From IMG/VR virus record IMGVR_UViG_3300038451_000684: DNA of 64,000 bases; one strand, given 5' to 3'. Made by a program: the position numbers and the translations under genes. The notes below the pieces were generated by a model. That model saw nothing but the letters and a program-made list of their open reading frames with translations. It did not search any database and was not told the DNA's origin. Position 1 is the stretch's first letter, and each line of letters starts with the position of its first letter. This DNA comes from a virus (lineage: Duplodnaviria; Heunggongvirae; Uroviricota; Caudoviricetes). This document shows positions 56,469 through 64,000 of the stretch, one piece after another.

Positions 56469-57204
56469 ACACGCATTCCTCTGTCATCTTCTTGAACGAA
56501 ACGCGCCATACCCAGGGATTCACGGCCCAAGGATGCTTCGTGCCGTTGATCGAGTCCCATAGCGCGGCGTAAGCTTCCACGGCGGTCTTGAACCTGTTCT
56601 TTGAAAGGTCGCCCCAATGATACCGGTTGCCGTTCAAGTCAGGGAGCGCTTGCCGCTGGATTCCTTCGGCCAGCGCGCCGGCTTCACTGATCTCCTGCAC
56701 TTGTTGGGGCCAGATGCCGGTTACTTTCAGCCACAGCCGCGCCGCCCACCGCGGCATGGTGACCGGGCTGCGCCACTTGTTGTTGGTCGCTCCCCGGTCG
56801 CACTCCTCCGGCATCATGCCGGGATAATCGGTATAGAAGATCACGCGCTCGCGCCAATAGTCCAGTAATATCGAATTCTTTTCGACGCGCCAGGCAACCG
56901 GCAATTCGTAGTCTCGACGGACATTTGTCGGATAGGGTTCAACCCGCGCCCAAATTTCTCTCACCCACAATTCGTCGCCGGGAACGCCATAAGGGGAGCG
57001 CCAGCTCTGTCCGCCTTCCCCTATCCATTTGAGCAAATTTTCCGGGTCTTGAACCGGGCGCGGCCCAACAGGCTGCGGATACATCGTGCGCCGCGTCTGC
57101 GTCTTCAACAGCTTCTGAATTCCGCCGATGCTGGTCGCCGTCATGCTGATCGGCCGAAGGCTGATGATGGGTGCGGACGGTGCCGGGAAAAGTTCGTTAG
57201 TCAT
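56437..57204 (-). CDS. hypothetical protein with PUA/ASCH-like N-terminus (255 aa)
   Basis: SIGGIQKLLKTQTRR...GDELWVRE pattern. AGGAAG RBS. Confidence 0.45.
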   Translation of the reverse strand: MTNELFPAPSAPIISLRPISMTATSIGGIQKLLKTQTRRTMYPQPVGPRPVQDPENLLKWIGEGGQSWRSPYGVPGDELWVREIWARVEPYPTNVRRDYELPVAWRVEKNSILLDYWRERVIFYTDYPGMMPEECDRGATNNKWRSPVTMPRWAARLWLKVTGIWPQQVQEISEAGALAEGIQRQALPDLNGNRYHWGDLSKNRFKTAVEAYAALWDSINGTKHPWAVNPWVWRVSFKKMTEECVYELQALSQTD

Positions 57205-57290
57205 TCCATTCCACTTCCTGCCAAGCTCGTTCGTTACTTCGGTTGTAGAAAACCAGATCGAACGATTCTCGCATGATGCACAACCTCTTT

Positions 57291-57563
57291 TTATGGTTTA
57301 GGAGGATACCAACTCATGCCTCTGCCCCTGCATAATGTATCGTGCAAGCTATCGACAAAATCCTCAAAATTGCCATTCATGCTACCCACATGGGTGTGAG
57401 ATTTTCCGACTTCGATGGTCCACGAAAACGGCCCCCAGTCTGGAGACAGTCCAATTACCGGACCGGGCAGGTTGTCACGCTCCTGCTCTTCCGCATGGCC
57501 TTGTAGAATTTGGTCCATAGCCTGTAAAATTTCAACGGCTTTACGCTGCGTATCTCTTTTCAT
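57291..57563 (-). CDS. hypothetical protein (90 aa)
   Basis: ORF only. Confidence 0.35.
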   Translation of the reverse strand: MKRDTQRKAVEILQAMDQILQGHAEEQERDNLPGPVIGLSPDWGPFSWTIEVGKSHTHVGSMNGNFEDFVDSLHDTLCRGRGMSWYPPKP

Positions 57564-57961
57564 TTTTCAACATCTTCTCCTACCACAAACTTTTTGGCCG
57601 CAATTACAGCATTTGTCCTCGAAACCAGATGAATGTAGACTTTGAGGCCCTTCTCGCGAGCAGTTTGAATCATGTGCCTGGTGCCGGGGCTCTTGTTATT
57701 CCAGACTGCAATCAGCGCATCAGCATACTCTGCCATGCGCACGTTGCGCAAGTAACCGGCGCTTCGGCCGTCCCGATCCCAATCGGCAGGGAAGCTGGCC
57801 ACGGGAATGGAGTGCTGTCCAGCCCACCACCGCCCCAGCGCATCCACGCCGCGCGCTTCACCGCAAACCACTTCCGTAATCTCGAAGCCCGATTCGCGAA
57901 TGGCGGCGGTTAGCTCGTTGCTGCCGATAATGCAGCGGCAGCCAGCAAGAATAACTTTCAT
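57560..57961 (-). CDS. SLOG/DUF2493-like Rossmann-fold protein (133 aa)
   Basis: N-terminus MKVILAGCRCIIGSNELTAAI and GEARGVDALG resemble phage DUF2493 proteins. Tentative. Confidence 0.4.
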   Translation of the reverse strand: MKVILAGCRCIIGSNELTAAIRESGFEITEVVCGEARGVDALGRWWAGQHSIPVASFPADWDRDGRSAGYLRNVRMAEYADALIAVWNNKSPGTRHMIQTAREKGLKVYIHLVSRTNAVIAAKKFVVGEDVEK

Positions 57962-58245
57962 GGTTTGATCCGCTTCGACTGAAGAAAAGAGCCAATGACG
58001 TTTTGCGCCTTCAACAGAAGGGAGAAAGCTGCGGGGTGCTCAAGCGCTATCTCCGCCAGATCATCGTCTGAAAGTCTTTGCAACCCACCCTCTGCATCGA
58101 ACTTCAACGCCGTTCCACAGTAAATGCAAGCCGTCAAACAGCCGGCTGCGGGAGGTTCCTTGTGGTGCAGGCTCATGGCCCCATCAAGAACTTTTCCGCA
58201 AGTTGGACAAGCTGCCAGCTTCACGTGAAAATCTTCTGACTCCAT
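57958..58245 (-). CDS. zinc-ribbon protein (95 aa)
   Basis: CPTCGK...CIYCGT motifs. Confidence 0.4.
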   Translation of the reverse strand: MESEDFHVKLAACPTCGKVLDGAMSLHHKEPPAAGCLTACIYCGTALKFDAEGGLQRLSDDDLAEIALEHPAAFSLLLKAQNVIGSFLQSKRIKP

Positions 58246-58462
58246 GGCGCCCTTTTCCTCGGACCGCTCGGTCGCGAACAGTTTTTAATTCAAAATTCGT
58301 TCCTAAATCCGTTCCCATTACGATACCGATTCTGAAACGGAAAAACCACAAAAAACTGCGCTCTTGCTGTCTATTCTCCTCAATTTGCGCGCTTTGCGCA
58401 AATTAAAATGGAAGAAGGATTGATTGAAGGATCACGATGCCCCCAGTTAGGAAACTGTTTCA

Positions 58463-58885
58463 ATGCAGAAGGTTCCATCCGAAATCGCCGTCTCTATCAA
58501 CTTGAAAGAGTTGAAGCTTTTCCGGCGCGCCTTGGCCACGGCCGCAGAAGAAGGTCTGCTTGACCGGGAAAAAGCATGGCAGCGGATCATGGAATTGCAA
58601 CTTCTGGAGTGGCAAGCTGAAGACAACTTGCTTTTGCCGCGGCAGCAACGTAAAAACCTCTCCGAAGCTACCAAAGCCGGGTTGGAACGGCAACGTCTCC
58701 ATGGTTCACCGGGGCCGGGGGGATATTTTGCTCCTGGCCGCCCTCAAGCCAAGTTCGATCATGAGCTGGCAGAATCCCTTCGCTCCGCTGGCCTCTCTCA
58801 AAAACAGATCGCCGAGAAATGCGGGGTCTCCAAAACAACGATCTGGCGCTACTTTCAAAAGATGTTGCCCAACCAGCGTTTGTGA
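58463..58885 (+). CDS. resolvase-related HTH protein lacking the catalytic domain (degenerate paralogue of 59173..59784)
   Basis: C-terminal ATKAGLERQRLHGSPGPGGYFAPGRPQAKFD...GLSQKQIAEKCGVSKTTIWRYF aligns with the C-terminus of the next serine recombinase. No Ser-recombinase N-domain is present. Confidence 0.45.
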   Translation: MQKVPSEIAVSINLKELKLFRRALATAAEEGLLDREKAWQRIMELQLLEWQAEDNLLLPRQQRKNLSEATKAGLERQRLHGSPGPGGYFAPGRPQAKFDHELAESLRSAGLSQKQIAEKCGVSKTTIWRYFQKMLPNQRL

Positions 58886-59172
58886 ACAGGGAACAGTGTT
58901 CACTGTTTCTTCGGCTTTACATGCGGCCAGGTGCGGCGATCTTCGCCACCGGTGTTCCAACTGGGCTTCCGGCATGTGCGGTTCCAGCATCGCTTGGGCA
59001 ATGGTTTGCTCTCATCGTAGATTTTACGAGCTTTACACACATCGCAGACCAGAATTTTCCCAATAGTAATCACGTTTTTAATTTACCGTATTAGCTTTCT
59101 TTTCTCAAACAAAGTGGTGCATTGCGCCACTTTGTTTGGTACAATGTACCTAATGCGGGGGGAGGACGAACA

Positions 59173-59784
59173 ATGTGCGCTGGAATTTATTTGCTCGGCT
59201 CCGAAGAAGATACTTATCTCACGGAAAAGCAGCTGCAAAAAATGCAAGCATGTGTTGCCAGAAACGGCTGGAAAACAGTCCACGTTTACCGCGATACCGC
59301 TCCCGTTGTCAAAAAAGACCGGCCGGCTTTCCGAAAAATGATGAAGGATGCTCAACAGCATCGTTTCGACCGCCTCCTCTTCTGGTCGCTGGATCAACTG
59401 CAACATGGCGCGAGAAAGACGACGCTGCTGTTGAATAACCTTTCCAGTTGGGGCATCGGCTTCTGCTCCTGCACAGAGCCGCACATCAACACTTGCCATG
59501 AGCGGAAAGACACCGTCATTGCCGTTTTGGCTTCTCTGGCCCAGCAAGATAGTGCGCACATTTCGGAGCGCACACGCGCCGGCCTCGAACGGCAACAGAT
59601 CACCCGCAAGCCCGGTCCTCATGGACGCTTGGGACCGGGACGCCCGCCGGTCGAATTCAATCAAGAACGCGCCAAAGCCCTGCGCGCCAAGAACAAGTCC
59701 TACGATCAAATCGCCATGGCTTGCGGCATTTCCAAAGCGACCATACAACGGTTTTTCAAAAGCATGGAAAAGCCTAATTCCTAG
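59173..59784 (+). CDS. small serine recombinase (resolvase family, 203 aa)
   Basis: Start MCAGIYLLGSEED after GGGGGGAGGACGAACA RBS. Resolvase core plus C-terminal HTH (KSYDQIAMACGISKATIQRFF). The active-site Arg is replaced (YLLGS), so activity is uncertain. Confidence 0.55.
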   Translation: MCAGIYLLGSEEDTYLTEKQLQKMQACVARNGWKTVHVYRDTAPVVKKDRPAFRKMMKDAQQHRFDRLLFWSLDQLQHGARKTTLLLNNLSSWGIGFCSCTEPHINTCHERKDTVIAVLASLAQQDSAHISERTRAGLERQQITRKPGPHGRLGPGRPPVEFNQERAKALRAKNKSYDQIAMACGISKATIQRFFKSMEKPNS

Positions 59785-59851
59785 TCCCTGCTCCCTGGTT
59801 GTTTTCACGCTTGCAGAGCATAAGGATGAAATTCAACAGAATGGTCTGCGG

Positions 59852-60268
59852 TCATTCGTTCACCGTCAACTGATTCCGTTTCGCACCTTCCTGAATCATC
59901 CACTCAATCAGCCCTGACCAATCCTTGCGGTCAGCAAACGCTTGCACGGCCTTCTGGCCAGCTTGGCTCGCTTCGCCGGAAGTCAAATATCCACGCAACA
60001 TTCCACGAGCAAGCGCTTCCTCCCCCGTCGGATGGCGGCGGCCAAAAACCGAATGCTCCGTTTCAAACAAGTCATAAATCCGGTCCGCGGTTGTTGGATC
60101 TTCATAGCCGGCTATATAGCCGATATTCGAGAGTAGCGTTCTTTTCACCTCCGCCGGATCGCGTCTTGGCTCCTTTTTGCGAATATTCTCCACTTCCGCC
60201 GCTACCAGCTCCCGAGCTTTTTCCCGCGTTCCCGCAGCTAGGGCCGTCCGTACAATTTTTTCCAGATC
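59852..60268 (-). CDS. hypothetical protein (~138 aa)
   Basis: Internal start MDLEKIV. The N-terminal extension of the track ORF is G/A/P-rich. Confidence 0.35.
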   Translation of the reverse strand, partial: DLEKIVRTALAAGTREKARELVAAEVENIRKKEPRRDPAEVKRTLLSNIGYIAGYEDPTTADRIYDLFETEHSVFGRRHPTGEEALARGMLRGYLTSGEASQAGQKAVQAFADRKDWSGLIEWMIQEGAKRNQLTVNE

Positions 60269-60678
60269 CATGTTTCCACCTTTGGTCTTGCCTTTATGCA
60301 AATACGATCCAGGAATTTTTCCTGCGCCGCCTTGCATTCCTTTACCAACTGGGCGTGGCCAGCCAGCGCCTCTTCGCGTGACCGGTAGCGCCGCTGTTCC
60401 CGGTCCAGCTTCCCGCCAAAAACCATCGTCTCCCATACCAGCGGTTTGTAAGTCAGAGGATCTGGCGCCGAACCGAAGAAAGAGAAATAGCCTTGATCAA
60501 GTCCTAAGAAAATAGTCGAAACTCTTCCCCATCTGAATCGTGTCAATGCTATCTGTCGCTGCGCCGTCTGATACCACTGTGCCCAAGTCAGCACATCGTG
60601 TTCCGGTCGGGGATTTCCTTGCTCGTCCAGAACGTACTCGCCGATCCAGTGCAGTTCCTCTTCATTTTGCTTTTCCAT
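60238..60678 (-). CDS. hypothetical protein (146 aa)
   Basis: ORF only. Confidence 0.4.
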   Translation of the reverse strand: MEKQNEEELHWIGEYVLDEQGNPRPEHDVLTWAQWYQTAQRQIALTRFRWGRVSTIFLGLDQGYFSFFGSAPDPLTYKPLVWETMVFGGKLDREQRRYRSREEALAGHAQLVKECKAAQEKFLDRICIKARPKVETWIWKKLYGRP

Positions 60679-60934
60679 CAGGATCTTCCTTCTTGCCGGC
60701 GTCCAGCTTTCCGCCTAGCTGCTTGAGATCGGGGAACAGCCCATCCATCGACGATTCCTTCTTCATCTTATGCACGGCGACTTCCAGCTTGGCGGCGTCG
60801 ATCACCTCCCTGGCAGTCATCCGTACCGCAGCGGCTCTTTTGATGTTTGTCTCCAGCGCCGTCGTGCTGCTGGTTTTGAGCGCGTCCAGAGAATCGAACA
60901 GATAATCATACAGTTCCGTTAGCGTATGCTTCAC
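60662..60934 (-). CDS. hypothetical protein (90 aa)
   Basis: ORF only. Confidence 0.35.
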   Translation of the reverse strand: MKHTLTELYDYLFDSLDALKTSSTTALETNIKRAAAVRMTAREVIDAAKLEVAVHKMKKESSMDGLFPDLKQLGGKLDAGKKEDPDGKAK

Positions 60935-61592
60935 TCGTCTCTCTCACTTTCCTTTTCAGCGCCCCGGCCAGTTGGATTACCGCTTGCAACTCCATGGGCA
61001 GGTTATGCACGCTATTGCGCTTCATCAACTCCGCGCGCGAAATCAATTCCAGATTACTGAGCCGGATATGTGTCCTGTCTCCGTCCTTGAAGGCCAAAGC
61101 AAAGCCCTTCGGCACCGGCCCGTGCTTTTCTTCCCAGAGCATCGTGTGCACGCCCTTCCAGTTCCCATAAAGGCCATTTCGTTCGCGAAACTTCACTTCA
61201 AGGTAACCATCTCTGCTAATCCGCTTCGTCCCCAAAGGCTTCCATTGTTTCCGGGCGGCTCCGGCCATCTCGCCTTTTTTGAACTGTGTTGTGGCCATTC
61301 TTCCCGGCGCCCATCCCGGCCGGCGTAGCCCCTTGTTGGCCGGCACATGCCCAGGCTTGAAGCGGCCCAGCGCACCAACCTCTGGCCGCCTCCGCAGCAA
61401 ACATGCCTCCTCGCTGGCCAGCCATTCCGCGCTCTTCTTCACGCCCAAGAGCGTAGCCCGTTGGTACACGCTCCGCACACTCCGGCCAAAGTAAAGCGCC
61501 AGATGCTCGGTCTTCGTGACGGGATACAGACGCCGAAGGACCTCATCTTCATACGGATGCCAAAATCTGCGCTTGTTCTGACCGCTGTTCAC
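60906..61592 (-). CDS. HNH homing-endonuclease-like protein (228 aa)
   Basis: C-terminal GYLEVKF...HTMLWEEKHGPVPKGFALAFKDGDRTHIRLSNLELISRAELMKRN matches the HNH_3 pattern (His, GD, N..L). Confidence 0.55.
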   Translation of the reverse strand: MNSGQNKRRFWHPYEDEVLRRLYPVTKTEHLALYFGRSVRSVYQRATLLGVKKSAEWLASEEACLLRRRPEVGALGRFKPGHVPANKGLRRPGWAPGRMATTQFKKGEMAGAARKQWKPLGTKRISRDGYLEVKFRERNGLYGNWKGVHTMLWEEKHGPVPKGFALAFKDGDRTHIRLSNLELISRAELMKRNSVHNLPMELQAVIQLAGALKRKVRETSEAYANGTV

Positions 61593-62755
61593 TGTTCACT
61601 GTCCGCTGTCTTATCCAGCCGATAGATTCCATTCCCCACGCGCTGCAGCCTGCCCGACTTGGCAAGCGCAGACAAGAGCGCATAGATTTGCTGCTTTTGG
61701 GTGTGTTCTTTTTTGGACGCAGGCAGCGCTTTGTAGACTTCAGAAATGCTCCAATTCACGCCAGAATTGGCATTAAAGAATTGAATTAGATCATCAGGAT
61801 GGCAGACGGCCGGATCATTTCTTCGTGCGCGAACAGAAGCGAAAGGTGTTCCCATTTTTCTTTCAATATGCCGATGATGATAGATCTGGTTCGCCACTAG
61901 CAATCCAGGCTTCAGATTAGCGCTTTGTTCCGCCACCAGCGCGCAAGCTGAGATGTTGTCATCCAAGACTCGCAGGTTTTCCTTTTGCTCCTCAATTCCA
62001 TATTCCGCGGCATCCAACTGCTTTCGAAGTTCCTTTTGCCGCGCTTGGTATTGTTCCAGGGTAAAGATCACGCGCTGCCGGGCGTCTCTTAGCTCATTCA
62101 CGATTGCGGTAAGGTTGGTTGCGAAAGGTGTTGGTTTTTTGAGCCATTCCAGATTGGAAGGCAAAACAACCGCAGGCTCTGTTTCAACGTCTTCGTATTC
62201 GGAGTCAATTACCGGAGTCTCTGGTGGCGCGGGTGTTTCTGGTTGAGGCTTTTCCTCAACATGGGCTTCCTTGACTATGGGAACCAGAACAGGACCGAGG
62301 TCTTCAGGTGGCTTTTCAAAAATCGGAATAGGCGTAACGGGCGTTACTTTGGCCGGGCTCTTCAATTCGATGGGGACGTTCACGATCTTCGGGGAAGCCG
62401 CTGTCTCAGGTTGCTTTGTTTCTACAACCGGGACTTGCTGTTCAGACTCCTCAACTTCCAATTCCGGTTCTGCCTCGACCGGAGGTTCAGGAACAGTCAC
62501 AGCCGAATAAGCATGAACTGAAAATGGACTTCTTTTGCTCCTGGGATCAATATAACGAGGGGCATAAACCGGTTTTGGTTTGTTCTGGCTGGGGAAACTC
62601 GCCGCAAAATTCTGTTCTTTGGTTTTCTTGGTGAGTTTTCGTCGTGTGGCTTTTACTGCGGAAAGCACTGCCTCATCGGTTTGATGTTCAAGCTGCGTGT
62701 TCACCCCACGCGTCAGGATATCCGTCAAAGCATCCTGCATCGTCGTATTACGCAT
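61589..62755 (-). CDS. hypothetical protein with P/E/V-rich central region (388 aa)
   Basis: Long ORF with a good frame. Confidence 0.5.
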   Translation of the reverse strand: MRNTTMQDALTDILTRGVNTQLEHQTDEAVLSAVKATRRKLTKKTKEQNFAASFPSQNKPKPVYAPRYIDPRSKRSPFSVHAYSAVTVPEPPVEAEPELEVEESEQQVPVVETKQPETAASPKIVNVPIELKSPAKVTPVTPIPIFEKPPEDLGPVLVPIVKEAHVEEKPQPETPAPPETPVIDSEYEDVETEPAVVLPSNLEWLKKPTPFATNLTAIVNELRDARQRVIFTLEQYQARQKELRKQLDAAEYGIEEQKENLRVLDDNISACALVAEQSANLKPGLLVANQIYHHRHIERKMGTPFASVRARRNDPAVCHPDDLIQFFNANSGVNWSISEVYKALPASKKEHTQKQQIYALLSALAKSGRLQRVGNGIYRLDKTADSEQ

Positions 62756-62934
62756 TTGCTCCCTCCATTTGATTCTCCTGCCAAAAACCTGATCCCTTGC
62801 CCTTTTAGCCTTTTTATCGGTTCAAAAAGGGTCACAACACACTGTAGAACACATAATGATCTTTGTCTAATAAATAATTGCGCTCATGCCCCTACATTAC
62901 TTTGATTAGCCAAAGTTGGCAATATCGGCAGTGG

Positions 62935-63016
62935 ACAGCGGACAGATTGAAAAGCTGTTCGCTGTCCCCTAACCCCTAATCCCTAATCCCTAACCCCTAA
63001 TTTCTAGCCCCTAACC
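62935..63016. repeat. 13-bp-stem hairpin (GGACAGCGGACAG...CTGTTCGCTGTCC) followed by (CCCTAA/CCCCTAA)n telomere-like island
   Basis: Sequence cctaacccctaatccctaatccctaacccctaatttctagcccctaacccctg lies directly after the stop of 63024..63977. Confidence 0.6.
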
Positions 63017-63023
63017 CCTGTTT

Positions 63024-63977
63024 TTACATCGTCGCTTCAAACTTCGGTTCCGACCAGACCTCTACGTAAGCCGACATTTCCTCGTCCATGCTGCGATTCA
63101 GCGTTTGCACGCCCAGAACAAAGTCTGACAGGGGCGTAAGCGAGACGATCAGGAAGGGGTCTACCGCCAGTTCCTCCACGTAAAATTCGGCTTCTGGCAG
63201 CAACTTCTTGATCTCCACAGCCTTTTGCAGCACAAACTCCGGCACCGGCTTCTTGTACTCTTTGAGCGTGGTCAGCCGCCATGTTGGCTGAACCATCTTG
63301 CCGGCGGTTTCGTAGTGCGCGGCCATCTGCTTCTTGTAGGCGACCACGCTGTCGCGGTCCAGAACCTCCATCTCCAGTTGAGCCAGCACCCGTTTCAGCG
63401 TCCCCGGCGTCCGCAGTTCCTCCCGCAGGGGCGTGTAACCCAACAGCGCCTCAGCGTCGGTAGCCAGCTTTTGCCGTGGATCATCAAGGTTCAGGTTCTC
63501 GACATCCACCGTCGTCCGCTGCAGCATGGCCCGGCTTGGCTCCTCCACCACCGCGACGCCGGGCTGCGGCCCAAGCTGAAGCCGACGTGAAGCCGCCCAG
63601 AAAGCTTCACTCACCTCTGGTGGACCATAGTTGCCAAAACTAGGCAAGTAAGCCCCCCAAGGATCGAACATAGCGGCGTCAACAGATTGTTGCTGGGCCG
63701 CTACAGAATCCATTGCTGGGTGATAGCTGGATGGATCAAGATAGGCAGGGTCGACGCCAACAGAATAGTCGCTCCGGCTGTTGAGGTTGTTGAACGCCAA
63801 CGGCGGATTACTAGCCATGAGCTGTATTCTCGCTTGCATCTCCGCAACTCTGTCCGCGCGCTCGCTTTGCTCCGCCAACATAGCTTCCACTCCGTTCGCC
63901 GTGGCCGAGCCCGTGTTCGGCAACGCGTGGACACGTTCTTGCTCCTGCCTCCACAACGTTTCAAAAAACTTAGGCAT
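63024..63977 (-). CDS. hypothetical protein (317 aa)
   Basis: Long ORF. GGAGGAGCGT ATG start context. Confidence 0.5.
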   Translation of the reverse strand: MPKFFETLWRQEQERVHALPNTGSATANGVEAMLAEQSERADRVAEMQARIQLMASNPPLAFNNLNSRSDYSVGVDPAYLDPSSYHPAMDSVAAQQQSVDAAMFDPWGAYLPSFGNYGPPEVSEAFWAASRRLQLGPQPGVAVVEEPSRAMLQRTTVDVENLNLDDPRQKLATDAEALLGYTPLREELRTPGTLKRVLAQLEMEVLDRDSVVAYKKQMAAHYETAGKMVQPTWRLTTLKEYKKPVPEFVLQKAVEIKKLLPEAEFYVEELAVDPFLIVSLTPLSDFVLGVQTLNRSMDEEMSAYVEVWSEPKFEATM

Positions 63978-64000
63978 ACGCTCCTCCTCGTAAGGTGCGC

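Overview
This 64-kb window reads as most of a tailed-phage or prophage genome from a GC-rich (~57%) bacterium with strong GGAGG-type ribosome-binding sites; no rRNA or tRNA gene was recognised.

- **Structural/lysis module (1-33.5 kb, minus strand):** a densely packed late module containing large terminase, portal, scaffold-like, major-capsid-like and two Ig-like decoration paralogues. It also holds several T/S/G-rich tail-fibre genes, a 1232-aa signal-peptide beta-helix (pectate-lyase fold) tailspike-like protein, and holin-like membrane proteins. Six small lysine-rich proteins sit here, four in tandem. An XRE-type HTH regulator faces a 600-bp non-coding control region.
- **Early/accessory module (34.7-47.3 kb, plus strand):** short genes including a DUF932-like protein, an orphan N6-adenine DNA methyltransferase, a membrane-anchored GGDEF diguanylate cyclase, a tandem zinc-ribbon protein and a small serine recombinase. 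Reused promoter, leader and post-stop motifs punctuate this module.
- **CRISPR arrays and mobile element (47.3-53.9 kb):** two CRISPR arrays with no cas gene anywhere in the window. The repeat is 37 bp, with 15 and 9 copies in the two arrays. They bracket a cassette holding a GH24 endolysin, a peptide deformylase, small membrane proteins and an IS1595-family insertion. The insertion has 27-bp inverted repeats, an 8-bp target duplication and a methyltransferase-like passenger, and it splits a 43-aa membrane-protein gene.
- **Downstream accessory genes (54-64 kb, minus strand):** metallophosphoesterase, ASCH/PUA-like, Rossmann/SLOG-like proteins, several zinc-ribbon proteins, an HNH endonuclease, and a second serine recombinase with a degenerate paralogue.
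- **Non-coding repeat families:** five copies of a ~75-nt covarying hairpin element lie upstream of late genes. G-rich telomere-like (TTAGGG/TTAGGGG) islands, two of which form ~80-95-bp palindromes, occur in six intergenic sites.

The most notable candidate system is the phage-borne, cas-less pair of CRISPR arrays. Read on the minus strand, their repeat has a Cas12a-like 3' stem-loop architecture.
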